From positions 1 through 64,000 of the forward strand of contig CAWCDG010000006.1 in NCBI GenBank assembly GCA_963794325.1: DNA of 64,000 bases, read 5' to 3'. This stretch comes from an uncultured delta proteobacterium. Its GTDB lineage: Bacteria > Desulfobacterota > Binatia > Binatales > Binataceae. This document shows positions 1-9,130 of the stretch, in pieces (positions within the stretch are counted from its first letter, which is position 1; the number at the start of each line of letters is the position of its first letter). A program made the position numbers and the translations under genes. The notes beneath the pieces are model-generated. The model saw only the letters and a list, made by a program, of their open reading frames with translations. It was not told the origin of the DNA and searched no databases.

Positions 1-540
1 ATTGGAGTCCGCGTGATGGTGGATCAGCTTCCACGTCCCGCCCTCGAGGCGAAAGATGTTGGTCGCGCGTTGATTGAAGGTGACCATCGGACCGTCGGCC
101 GAACGCAGTTGCCCAGTCTCGATGCAAACCGAATAACCAATGCCCGGTCCTGCAACGACGCTCATGTCCCGCTGTTCGATATTGCCGCCCGGGTACAGAC
201 GAGACATGTTCAAAAACCCCTTGTGAACCTCGTTCCATCCGATAGCGTGACCACCCGCCGCGCTCAGATTCGTGACATCCTGGCGATGGGACCACACGGC
301 GCTCAGCGGAGCCAGGTTGCCATGCAATGCGCTGTTGAAAGCGTCGTAGAAAAGCACTGTCGCAGCGCGGATGTCGTTCTCAGACGGGGTTGAATCGGCG
401 CGAGCGAGTGACTGCGCGCGTGCGATCTGCACAAATGGCGGCGCCATTCCGACCACCGTGCATACAGTCACGGCGAATAGCAAATTTCGCCAACCCGAGA
501 AATTCGATTTAGTCTGAAACTGCCAAACTTTACCCACCAT
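1..540 (-). CDS. SnoaL/NTF2-like protein with probable signal peptide; runs off the left edge of the window
   Basis: Hand translation (not in the ORF track): MVGKVW...FYDAFNSALHGNLAPLSAVWSH...GWNEV...RATNIFRLEGGTWKLIHHHADSN, a typical NTF2-like C-terminus. Start uncertain. Confidence 0.8.
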   Translation of the reverse strand, partial: MVGKVWQFQTKSNFSGWRNLLFAVTVCTVVGMAPPFVQIARAQSLARADSTPSENDIRAATVLFYDAFNSALHGNLAPLSAVWSHRQDVTNLSAAGGHAIGWNEVHKGFLNMSRLYPGGNIEQRDMSVVAGPGIGYSVCIETGQLRSADGPMVTFNQRATNIFRLEGGTWKLIHHHADSN

Positions 541-690
541 AAGAAATCATGCCGCCCCTCAGCTGGTGAAAATCTCTCGATAAATAACTTTTTATGAGTA
601 CTAGAATCACAATGTAGGATTATGCCACAATATGCTTCGTTTTAGCGAGCAATTGGCGGTCGACAAGAATAGCGAAGGAGGAATGGAGTC

Positions 691-840
691 ATGATGCTGA
701 TTCTTCTGTTGTTTGTGCTGGTGAGCGGCGGTGCTACTTACTACGCGTATCGAAACTCCGCGAGCAAATACGCGCGGCTCGTGCCGGCGATGCTCACCAT
801 CTTGATGATCTATCTGCTGTTCGGAAAACACATGCACTGA
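691..840 (+). CDS. Small two-TM membrane protein, 49 aa (DUF3309-like)
   Basis: Hand translation MMLILLLFVLVSGGATYYAYRNSASKYARLVPAMLTILMIYLLFGKHMH; GGAG RBS just upstream. Confidence 0.65.
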   Translation: MMLILLLFVLVSGGATYYAYRNSASKYARLVPAMLTILMIYLLFGKHMH

Positions 841-871
841 CCGACACGGAACGCTCTCTTCCCGCTCGGGG

Positions 872-1204
872 CTATTTGACCCGGGAGTATGAGATCGTGT
901 CGGTTCCGGTCCCGTAGATAGAAAGATAGCCCGAGCTGGGACTGCATTGGACGGCGCTGGCCGTCGAATTGTCAGTGCACACCACCACGTTGTCGACGTC
1001 CGTGAAACACGGATTGGCAACCGAGGTGTGTCCGGCATTGAGCGTCGCATGACCAGCGCAGGTCGCGCCCGCCGACATTGTGAAGCCACCGGCCGGTCCC
1101 CAGCTACTCATTGTAGTAACTGGCAGGGGCGGCTGCGGCTGGACTTGTAGGCATCCGGCCGCCATCGTTCCGATCAGCGCGAAGATCCCAACAATCACCC
1201 GCAT
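872..1204 (-). CDS. Hypothetical lipoprotein
   Basis: MRVIVGIFALIGTMAAGC lipobox-like signal; GGAG/GAGG upstream of ATG 1204; Cys-containing beta-rich body. Confidence 0.6.
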   Translation of the reverse strand: MRVIVGIFALIGTMAAGCLQVQPQPPLPVTTMSSWGPAGGFTMSAGATCAGHATLNAGHTSVANPCFTDVDNVVVCTDNSTASAVQCSPSSGYLSIYGTGTDTISYSRVK

Positions 1205-1363
1205 CCTCAACTCCATCGCAGTTGGTTTCATGGCGTGCAGCGTCGCATCAAAAGCGATCTGCTCGCAAGTGCAAAAATCCGCCACCCGTAACATTCCGCC
1301 GCGCCGGGAGTTTTAGTAGTAGTGACTCTGCGTAAACGGTCGCGATCGCCAGGGAGTAATTCC

Positions 1364-1750
1364 ATGAGCACATCGAACAATCACATCCAATCCGGCTATA
1401 CGACCATAACGCCTTATCTATACGCGAACCTCGATCTGATCGATTTCATCAAAAATGCTTTCGGCGCAGAGGTGACGCATACGCCGACGCCCGATGCCAA
1501 AGGGCAATTCCACGCCGAGGCGAAAATCGGCGACGCGCATCTGCTGTTCGGCAACGGCTATTTTTCCGACCCCTCGATGGCGGCCGCGATCTATCTGTAC
1601 GTTCCCGATGTCGATGCGACCTGGAAACGGGCGGTGAGCCTTGGCGCCAAGGCGATCCGGGAGCCGGGCGACATGACCTGGGGCGATCGCGTGGGAGGCG
1701 TGAAAGACAGCTCCGGCAACACCTGGTGGATTGCGACCCACAACAAATGA
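1364..1750 (+). CDS. VOC/glyoxalase (PhnB-like) protein
   Basis: TITPYL...FIKNAFGA...HAEAKIGD...WGDRVGGVKDSSGNTWWI pattern. Confidence 0.85.
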   Translation: MSTSNNHIQSGYTTITPYLYANLDLIDFIKNAFGAEVTHTPTPDAKGQFHAEAKIGDAHLLFGNGYFSDPSMAAAIYLYVPDVDATWKRAVSLGAKAIREPGDMTWGDRVGGVKDSSGNTWWIATHNK

Positions 1751-1762
1751 GCGAGTCATCCG

Positions 1763-2212
1763 ATGGCACATCCTCGTAAGTATGATGATTCAAATCCCGC
1801 GATCGCAAAGCTGCGCGAGATCTGTCTGGCGTTGCCCGCGGTCTTCGAAAAAGAAGCGTGGGGCGAATGTACGTTTCGCGTCGCCGGCGGGAGCATGTTC
1901 GCAATGACCGACAACAACCATCACGACAGCGGCCATCTCGCGGTGTGGATCAAGGCGCCCGCGATGGTTCAGGAAATCCTGGTCAACTCTGATCCGAAGC
2001 GGTTTTTCACTCCACCGTACATGGGCAAGAAAGGATGGGTCGGCGTCCGAATCGACTACAAGGTCAAATGGGATCAGACCTCGGCGATTCTAAAGGATGG
2101 ATATTTGATGTCTGCGCCGAAGAAGATTCGAGACAAAGCTCCCACCAGGCCCGGCGCTGCGGCGGCTTCAACCAATCCTGCGCTGCGAAAGAAATCTCGC
2201 CGGGTCCGCTAA
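1763..2212 (+). CDS. MmcQ/YjbR-family protein
   Basis: LREICLALP...WGECTFRV...MFA...FFTPPYMGKKGWVGVRI. Confidence 0.8.
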   Translation: MAHPRKYDDSNPAIAKLREICLALPAVFEKEAWGECTFRVAGGSMFAMTDNNHHDSGHLAVWIKAPAMVQEILVNSDPKRFFTPPYMGKKGWVGVRIDYKVKWDQTSAILKDGYLMSAPKKIRDKAPTRPGAAAASTNPALRKKSRRVR

Positions 2213-2311
2213 CCCAGTCACGTCAGCAGTGCCGGAATCTCACCCACCGCGCCAACGACGTTGACTACGATCTCGGGTGTTCGGTTCATTAACCTTGCAG
2301 CACGAGGCGAA

Positions 2312-3010
2312 TCATCGCTTCCCCGAAAAGAGCCACTTGTCGCCGTGCAGCAATTGATTCTTCACTTTAATCGACGACAGACTTTCGATTTCCTGCACCG
2401 TCGGGCGGATTCCGTACCACTCGTTGCGATAGAGTCCGCGCGGTCCTTGCGACGAGCGGCGCTCGACCAGCCATCGACGCATTCGCAACGCGAACCCAAT
2501 CGAGTCGCGCCACGTCCGCGGCGTCATTGTGAAGATCAGCCGTCCGCCCGGCTTGAGCACTCGCACCGCAGTGTTCAGATAAGCTCGCAGCACATCAAGA
2601 TCCGGCAGATGCTGAAAGACGCAGTACGCGACAAACGCATCGACAGAACTATCCGCGATTTCCACCAGCGCCGGCGTCTCGGCGCGATTGAACGACGCGT
2701 TGGCGGCCTCGACCGACTTGCGCGCGATCGCCAGCATTTCCGCCGAGAGATCGAACGCGAACACCTTACCGACCTCGGGGGCGATCGCGCGGGTCAGGCG
2801 TCCAACCCCGCAGCCAATTTCCACGACCGAGTCATTCAGCGTCGGCCGGTAGCCGGACGCCGACTTCAGATCGTTCCAGATTTTCGGACCCGACGCCCAG
2901 AATTCGTCGAGATTGCGTCCCTCGTAGGGTCCCGCCGACGATACGTACCAGTAGGGATTTTCGCGGGCCTTTTCGTCCCAGAACTGACGGCTTGCCTCCA
3001 GTCCGCTCAT
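2312..3010 (-). CDS. Class I SAM-dependent methyltransferase
   Basis: VVEIGCGVGR motif I, FDLSAEML, VFQHL, RVLKPGG; alternative start 3076. Confidence 0.85.
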   Translation of the reverse strand: MSGLEASRQFWDEKARENPYWYVSSAGPYEGRNLDEFWASGPKIWNDLKSASGYRPTLNDSVVEIGCGVGRLTRAIAPEVGKVFAFDLSAEMLAIARKSVEAANASFNRAETPALVEIADSSVDAFVAYCVFQHLPDLDVLRAYLNTAVRVLKPGGRLIFTMTPRTWRDSIGFALRMRRWLVERRSSQGPRGLYRNEWYGIRPTVQEIESLSSIKVKNQLLHGDKWLFSGKR

Positions 3011-3238
3011 CGATCTCGATACACCTTCTGAATTCTCAGCTGGAAGTATATTGGCATATCGAACCGACGAATCCACTGGGACTCAGCCGTGCGAGATCAC
3101 AGCTTGTTGGACGTGTTCGGTTCAGACTCGAAATTATTCGCAGAGTAAAAGAAAGGAATTGTGGCACTTCCGAGAATGCAATGCCGAGGCATCTTGGACT
3201 ATCAAGGCTAGCGCGGACCGCGTCCCACCGCCGGCCGG

Positions 3239-3406
3239 CTAAAACAGCATGGAAACTTCGTCGACTAGTTCCTTGACGATCGCGCCCGCATTCCCAACCA
3301 AGGCGACCGCTATTACTGCGATCGTTACGAGTATCAAAGCATACTCGGCCATGGTCTGACCGCGTGAACTTGCTATTAGTAGGTAAACTCTGGTCCGATG
3401 GCGCAT
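3239..3406 (-). CDS. flp: Flp type IVb pilin 3 (divergent copy, 55 aa)
   Basis: Hand translation MRHRTRVYLLIASSRG|QTMAEYALILVTIAVIAVALVGNAGAIVKELVDEVSMLF; G|xxxxEY Flp motif; GGAGGGG RBS. Confidence 0.85.
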   Translation of the reverse strand: MRHRTRVYLLIASSRGQTMAEYALILVTIAVIAVALVGNAGAIVKELVDEVSMLF

Positions 3407-3516
3407 TGACTTCCCCTCCCGGGTTGGTCGTATTTCTAGAGTGAGTTCCTAGAGGGGACTGGGTCGCAATCCCCTCTAAGAAGCCATTCCTGACGACCCG
3501 TCAGGCCATTCAACGG

Positions 3517-3687
3517 CTAGAGGTTCCCGTCAACCGACGACAGCAACGTGGTGATAGTCGTGCCCATCGTCTGGTACCCTGCGAACACCACGACTGCGAC
3601 GGCAGCCAGGATCAGCGCGTATTCGGCCATCGTCTGACCGCGGCCATATTCGCGGATCCGTACCATGAACTTCGTCATCGCTTTCAT
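3517..3687 (-). CDS. flp: Flp type IVb pilin 2 (56 aa)
   Basis: MKAMTKFMVRIREYGRG|QTMAEYALILAAVAVVVFAGYQTMGTTITTLLSSVDGNL; C-terminal part of track ORF 3517..3990. Confidence 0.9.
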   Translation of the reverse strand: MKAMTKFMVRIREYGRGQTMAEYALILAAVAVVVFAGYQTMGTTITTLLSSVDGNL

Positions 3688-3725
3688 CTCCCTTTCTTTG
3701 ACCTCCGACAGTTTTTTTGTATGCC

Positions 3726-3753
3726 GGGGTGGCGGTAAGTTAGCCGCCACCCC
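3726..3753. other. Intergenic stem-loop between flp copies (a second one at 3450-3478)
   Basis: GGGGTGGCGG/CCGCCACCCC perfect 10-bp stem; no U-tract on the coding strand, so more likely stabilising or processing than a terminator. Confidence 0.5.
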
Positions 3754-3773
3754 AGGCAGGTTAATCCCAAAGA

Positions 3774-3944
3774 CTAGAGTTTTCCGTCCACGCTCGAGAG
3801 CAGCGTGGTGATGGTCGTGCCCATCGTCTGGTAGCCCGCGAACACTACGACGGCGACCGCCGCGAGTATGAGCGCGTACTCCGCCATCGTCTGTCCCTTC
3901 TGATACTCCCGAACCTTGACAATCAGTTTCGTAAAGCTTTCCAT
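3774..3944 (-). CDS. flp: Flp type IVb pilin 1 (56 aa)
   Basis: Hand translation MESFTKLIVKVREYQKG|QTMAEYALILAAVAVVVFAGYQTMGTTITTLLSSVDGKL; GAGGAGG RBS. Confidence 0.9.
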   Translation of the reverse strand: MESFTKLIVKVREYQKGQTMAEYALILAAVAVVVFAGYQTMGTTITTLLSSVDGKL

Positions 3945-4026
3945 GTCCCGTGTCCTCCTCAGACTGTTTTTTTTGGCCGAAATTGGCCATTGTCCCCGTT
4001 AGTAAATGTGGCCTGTCCCATCCGGC

Positions 4027-4227
4027 TGACTGTCCGAATCAACCTCAATCCGCGTTAGATGGTCGTAACCAACTGTTCGATTAGTATACTGATTGTAATG
4101 TCGTGTAAAGAGCCACGAGATGGAAAATTCAATTTATTTGACTGTCCGAGCATACCTTGATCCGCGTTAGATGGTCAGAACCAACTGTTTCATTAGTATA
4201 CTGACTGTAATGTTTTGTAAAGAGCCA
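4027..4227. repeat. Tandem direct repeat of an 89-bp non-coding unit (4027-4115, 4139-4227; period 112), a probable duplicated promoter upstream of flp
   Basis: 13 mismatches over 89 nt by manual alignment; each copy has TTTACA...TATACT on the minus strand. Confidence 0.8.
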
Positions 4228-4395
4228 TGAAGTAGAAATTTAATGACTGGATGAAGGTTGCCTGAATGGGGCAGCCAATTGAGGTTCATGCTCGGTGGCG
4301 CCGGTGGAATCGAGTCGGAATATGCGGTCATGTGCCCGGCGCTCATCTACGCGAGAAGAATTCCCTCTAGGCGCACGCGCGGTAATTTGATACAT

Positions 4396-4477
4396 GGGGG
4401 GCGCTGGCTGGTGTTTGCCCCCCTTACACCAGTCGGCTTCGGGCTGGCGAGGCATTGCGTCGCTGGCCCGTTTTTTT
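4396..4477 (+). ncRNA. Putative small RNA, copy A (C-rich loop hairpin plus terminator hairpin)
   Basis: GCTGGCTGGTGT-TTGCCCCCCTT-ACACCAGTCGGC hairpin, then GGGCTGGCGA/TCGCTGGCCC hairpin and T7; homologous to 20680-20778. Confidence 0.65.
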
Positions 4478-4550
4478 CGACCAACAGATTCGCTGGCGGT
4501 ATCGATCCTCGCGGCGATGCGGTTAGACGCGTGCGTGCTATGGTCGTCGC

Positions 4551-5435
4551 GTGAGGCTGCACCTCGTCGACGGGACCTACGAGCTCTATCGTGCGCATTA
4601 CGCGCCGCGTCCGGGTCACCGCGAGCCTTCTGGCAAAGACGCGAAGGCGACGGTCGGCATCGTCGAGTCTCTGCTGGCGCTGCTGCATGACACCGACGAG
4701 GCCGTCACTCACATTGCGGTCGCGTTCGACAATCCGATCCGATCGTTTCGCAACGATTTGTTTTTGCCCTACAAGAGCGACGAAGGCGTGCCGCCCGAGT
4801 TGCGCTCGCAGTTCGACGCCGCCGAAGACGCGGTCCGCGCGATTGGGGTGACGGTCTGGCCGATGCGCGAGTACGAGGCGGACGACGGGCTCGCCAGCGC
4901 GGCGCGCAAGTTTCGCGATCAGGTCGATCAGGTGCGGATTCTCACGCCTGATAAGGATCTCGGACAATGCATCGTCGACGATCGGGTCGTCCAGGTCGAT
5001 CGACGCCAAAGAAAAGTGACGAATGAGGCGGCGTTCCGTGCAGAGCGCGGCTTTGGGCCGGAGAGCATGGCCGATTTTCTGGCGCTCGCGGGCGACAGCG
5101 CCGACGGGTTTCCGGGGCTGGCGGGATTCGGCAAGAAGACTGCCTCAATGCTGATCGGCGCCTACGAACGGATCGAGCAGATTCCCGTGGACTCCGCACA
5201 GTGGAAGGTGAAGCCGCGTGGCGCGCTTCAGCTCGCAGCGACCCTCGCGGATCATCGCACCGACGCCCTGCTCTACCGCAAACTCGCGACACTTATTGAT
5301 ACGGTTCCGCTCGAATGCTCGCTCGACGATCTGAAATTCAAAGGTGTGCCGCGTGAGCGGTTCGAGCGATGGTGCGATGAACTCGGCGTTCAGCGGCTGA
5401 AAACCGCGCCGAACCGGTGGCAGCATACTGCGTAA
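4551..5435 (+). CDS. Stand-alone 5'-3' exonuclease / flap endonuclease (PolI N-terminal, Xni-like)
   Basis: LVDGTYELYRAHY, VAFD, FRNDLF..YK, YEADD, DKDLGQ, LAGDSADGFPGLAGFGKKTA (H3TH). Confidence 0.9.
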   Translation: MRLHLVDGTYELYRAHYAPRPGHREPSGKDAKATVGIVESLLALLHDTDEAVTHIAVAFDNPIRSFRNDLFLPYKSDEGVPPELRSQFDAAEDAVRAIGVTVWPMREYEADDGLASAARKFRDQVDQVRILTPDKDLGQCIVDDRVVQVDRRQRKVTNEAAFRAERGFGPESMADFLALAGDSADGFPGLAGFGKKTASMLIGAYERIEQIPVDSAQWKVKPRGALQLAATLADHRTDALLYRKLATLIDTVPLECSLDDLKFKGVPRERFERWCDELGVQRLKTAPNRWQHTA

Positions 5436-5459
5436 CCGCAGCTATGCTTTGACGGTTAT

Positions 5460-7290
5460 ATGGTCATGATGACGATACCGATGCTCGATCGTCTCAAAGC
5501 GCGTGACGAGTGGAAGTTCTTCGGCGTTTTGCTGAAAGCCGATCGCCCGCTCGCAATCGCGTGGTGGGCCGCGCTCGGATTGCGCGGACTGCTGCCGGCC
5601 CTGTTCGCCATTGCGATGGGCGCGCTGGTCGGCAGTGTACAGCGCGGCAATCCTCTTGCGACTCCGCTTATCGCAGTCGGCACGGTGTTCGTGCTGCTTC
5701 AGATAACGCCGCCCTTCCATCATGCGGTCGGATCGAACCTCGGCAGCCGGGTCGCCGCCTGGCTCTACGATCAGTTGACCATCGCATGCGTCACGCCGCC
5801 CGGGATGGGACATCTTGAAGACCCGCGCCTGACCACCGACCTCGCGATGGCGCGCGACTTCGACCTCGGAATCAGCGGACCGCCGATGAGCATCTCGATG
5901 GATTTCATCGCGTCCGGTCTGGTCGAGATGGTCGGCGGACTGCTGTCCGCAGCGGTGCTGGCAGCCTACGCATGGTGGGCGCCGATTATCCTCGCGGGCG
6001 CGTGGCTCGCGACGCATTGGCTGCTGCGCGAAAGCGGAGTGTGGCGCGATCGCAATACAGATGAGGTGCGCGAGGCGCAGCGCCACGCCGACTACGCTTA
6101 TCGGCTCGCGGTCGATCCGCCGGCAGCGAAGGAGCTGCGGCTGTTCGGACTTGCGTCGTGGACGATCGAGCGGTTCACTTCGCGCCGGCGGCGCCTGTTC
6201 GATCTTCGATGGGAGGCGACGCGCCTTCGCGAGCAGCCCGTCCTCTGGAGCCTGCTGCTGGTGCTATCCGCCAACCTGATTGTGTTCTGGGCGCTGGCGG
6301 CAGACGCGGCTGCGGGCCGAATCGCAGTAGGCCATGTCGTCACGTTCGCCAGTGCGGCAGTCAGCACGAGCATGATCGCGTTCGGCGGATTGTCGTGGGC
6401 GCTCGATGGCGCCGCGGCGCCCGCGGGCGCGGTGATTCGATTGCAGGACGCGATGGCGCCGGCCGGAAATCTCATCCGCGGAGACCAAGCGGCGCCGAAC
6501 ATGCCGGCCCGCGAGATCCGTTTTCGAAATGTCAGCTTCGCGTATCCCGCGGGTGGAGCTCGAGTGCTGGACGGCTTCGACTTGACGATTCCGGCCGGTA
6601 CCTCGCTCGCGATCGTCGGCCAGAATGGAGCCGGCAAGACCACGCTCGCCAAGCTGATGTGCCGGCTCTATGACCCGGATGAAGGCGCGATCGAAATCGA
6701 CGGCGTCGATCTTGCGCCAACTCGACATCGACGCATGGCGCGAGCGGGTGACGGCTGTATTTCAGGATTTCACCAAATTTGAATTGCCGCTGCGCGACAA
6801 CGTTTCGCCGGCCGGTGCACCGGACGATGCGATCGAGCAGGCGCTCGATGCAGGCGGGCGCGGCGAATCTCGCGTCGCTCGACACATGCTCGCGCGCGGA
6901 TACCCGGGCGGCACCGATCTGTCCGGCGGGCAGTGGCAGCGGATTGCCCTGGCGCGGGCGCTGTGCGCGGTGAAGCTTGGCGCCGGCGTGGTGCTGCTCG
7001 ACGAGCCGACCGCGCAGCTCGACGTGCGTGGCGAGAGCGAGATTTTCGATCGCATCCTCACCGCGACCAATCACGCCACGACCATCCTCATATCGCATCG
7101 ATTCTCGACCGTACGTCACGCGGATCGCATTTGCGTGCTCGAACATGGGCGCGTGATCGAACTCGGCACCCATGACGAACTGATCGCGCTGGGCGGACGC
7201 TACCGCACGATGTTCGAGTTGCAGGCGTCGCGCTTCGGCGAAGCTGACGCCGGCACCGACGAAGGAGTTGCGCTCGATGAGCCCGCATGA
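5460..7290 (+). pseudogene. ABC exporter (TMD+NBD), frameshifted: pseudogene or sequencing error
   Basis: TMD and Walker A (GQNGAGKTT) in 5460..6782; Q-loop (VFQDF), LSGGQWQR, LLDEPT and SHRFS in 6670..7290; shift near 6712, with apparent further compensating indels near 6853 and 6885. Confidence 0.8.
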
Positions 7291-9091
7291 CGACATGCCG
7301 GCCGCGATTCCCGCGATGTGGCGCGCGTTCAAGCGCGGCTATCAGGCGGAACCTCGCCTGCTGATGGTTGCATTCGGGTTGTCGCTGCTGGCGGCGCTGC
7401 CCGACGCGTTGCTGGCGTTGTGGCTGATGCTGCTGGCGAACGGAGTGACGGGTCACGATCGCTTCGAGGTGATCGCATCCGCGATGGGACTCGGCGTGTC
7501 CGCCGTCGGCACCTGGTTCCTGCGCGTGACCAGCGACCGCGTTCAGCGCCGCTTCCGCGACCGCCTGACCATCGCGCTCGAGTCCCACGTGGCGCGCCTG
7601 CAAGCGACCGTCGCAACCATCGAGCATCATGAACGTCCCGAATATCTCGACCGGCTCGCAGTGCTGCGCGACCAGGTCTTCGTGCTCGATCACATGTACA
7701 TGTCGATGTTCTCGACGTGCGGCTGGATTCTGCGGCTCGGCGTGACCGTCGTGCTGTTGATGTCGATCAGCCCGATCCTCGCGCTGCTGGCCGCATTCGC
7801 GCTGCCGACTGTGCTGACTTCGACCTGGCGGCCCGGTATCGAGCGCGCCGCCGAAGAGCGCGGCGCATCGGCGAATCGCCTCGCGCGTCATCTGTTCACC
7901 GTCGCGACCACCGCGCCTCCCGGCAAAGAAGTGCGCGTCACGCGAATTGGGAATCGCCTCGTGAAATTGCGGCGCGACGCGTGGGAGCGATGGTATGGGC
8001 CGGTGGCGAGTGCGCGTTGGGGCAGTGCGGCGTGGCATACGGTGGCGTGGTTGATTTTCGGCGCGGGTTACATCGGCGCGATCGTGTACGTCACGGTGGT
8101 ACTGCATGCGACGTCGGGGCAAGTGCTGCTGGTGCTCGCGGCGGGATCGCGGCTGTCGGCGTATATCGGCGCGACCGTCGGCGAAATCGGATTTCTGCGC
8201 GGCATCTGGCTCGACGGTTCCCGCCGGCTCGCGTGGCTCGAAGACTACGCGGCGTCGCTGACAGAGCATGCCGACACGCCCGCGCCCGACCGCCTGGTCG
8301 ACGGCATTCGCCTCGAGCACGTGTCGTTCGCGTATCCGGGGACGACGCGCCATGTGCTCGAAGATGTGAGCCTCGATCTGAAGCAAGGATCGGTGATTGC
8401 GATCGTCGGCGAGAACGGCGCCGGGAAAAGTACGCTGGTCAAGCTGCTCGCTCGGCTCTACCAGCCCGACCAGGGACGCATCCTGGTTGACGGAGTGGAC
8501 CTCGCGCGGATTCCTGCCGACGATTGGCGCGAGCACGTCGCTGGCGCGTTCCAGGATTTTTTCCGCTTCGAGTTTCGCGCGCGTCACACGGTGGGCCTCG
8601 GCGACGTCCCGCGGCTCGATGACGAACCTGCGGTGGCTGCCGCGGTCAATCGCGCGGGCGCCGATGACGTGATCGCGCATATGAATGCCGGACTCGAGAC
8701 GCAACTCGGCCCGACCTGGCCCAGCGGAGTCGAAGTGAGCTTCGGCCAGTGGCAGAAGCTGGCGCTGGCGCGCGGCTTCATGCGCGATCATCCGCTGCTA
8801 CTGGTGCTCGATGAACCCACCGCGGCGCTGGACGCCGAGACTGAGCACGCGTTGTTCGAGCGCTATGCAGCGGCGGCGCGGATTGAACGGCGCGAAGGCA
8901 ATTCCGGCAACGGACGTCAGGGACAGATCACGATTCTGATCTCTCATCGGTTCAGTACGGTTCGGATGGCCGATCAGATCGTCGTGCTCGACGGCGCGCG
9001 CGTCGCGGAAGTCGGTACTCACGAAGCGCTGATGGCGAAAGGCGGACAGTACGCCGAGCTCTATGGAATCCAGGCCGCCGCGTATCGATGA
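7277..9091 (+). CDS. ABC exporter (TMD+NBD), heterodimer partner
   Basis: GENGAGKST, VSFGQWQK (degenerate signature), LVLDEPT, SHRFS. Confidence 0.9.
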   Translation: MSPHDDMPAAIPAMWRAFKRGYQAEPRLLMVAFGLSLLAALPDALLALWLMLLANGVTGHDRFEVIASAMGLGVSAVGTWFLRVTSDRVQRRFRDRLTIALESHVARLQATVATIEHHERPEYLDRLAVLRDQVFVLDHMYMSMFSTCGWILRLGVTVVLLMSISPILALLAAFALPTVLTSTWRPGIERAAEERGASANRLARHLFTVATTAPPGKEVRVTRIGNRLVKLRRDAWERWYGPVASARWGSAAWHTVAWLIFGAGYIGAIVYVTVVLHATSGQVLLVLAAGSRLSAYIGATVGEIGFLRGIWLDGSRRLAWLEDYAASLTEHADTPAPDRLVDGIRLEHVSFAYPGTTRHVLEDVSLDLKQGSVIAIVGENGAGKSTLVKLLARLYQPDQGRILVDGVDLARIPADDWREHVAGAFQDFFRFEFRARHTVGLGDVPRLDDEPAVAAAVNRAGADDVIAHMNAGLETQLGPTWPSGVEVSFGQWQKLALARGFMRDHPLLLVLDEPTAALDAETEHALFERYAAAARIERREGNSGNGRQGQITILISHRFSTVRMADQIVVLDGARVAEVGTHEALMAKGGQYAELYGIQAAAYR

Positions 9092-9130
9092 AGGCACGTT
9101 TGCGCCACGATCAAATCAGCTCATTGCCGC

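Noticed and set aside
13-393. 126-aa + strand ORF
   Set aside because: Shadow of the minus-strand NTF2-like gene.
3517-3990. 157-aa ORF as a single gene
   Set aside because: Its N-terminal part is an off-frame read through pilin 1; only 3517-3687 is real.
4027-4227. Tandem c-di-GMP riboswitch upstream of the pilins
   Set aside because: I could not see the GEMM-I or class II consensus by eye; kept only as a repeat.
7088-8791. Long antisense ORFs (also 15518-16735, 26785-28113, 43365-44774 and others)
   Set aside because: Typical stop-poor antisense frames of high-GC genes with no recognisable motifs.
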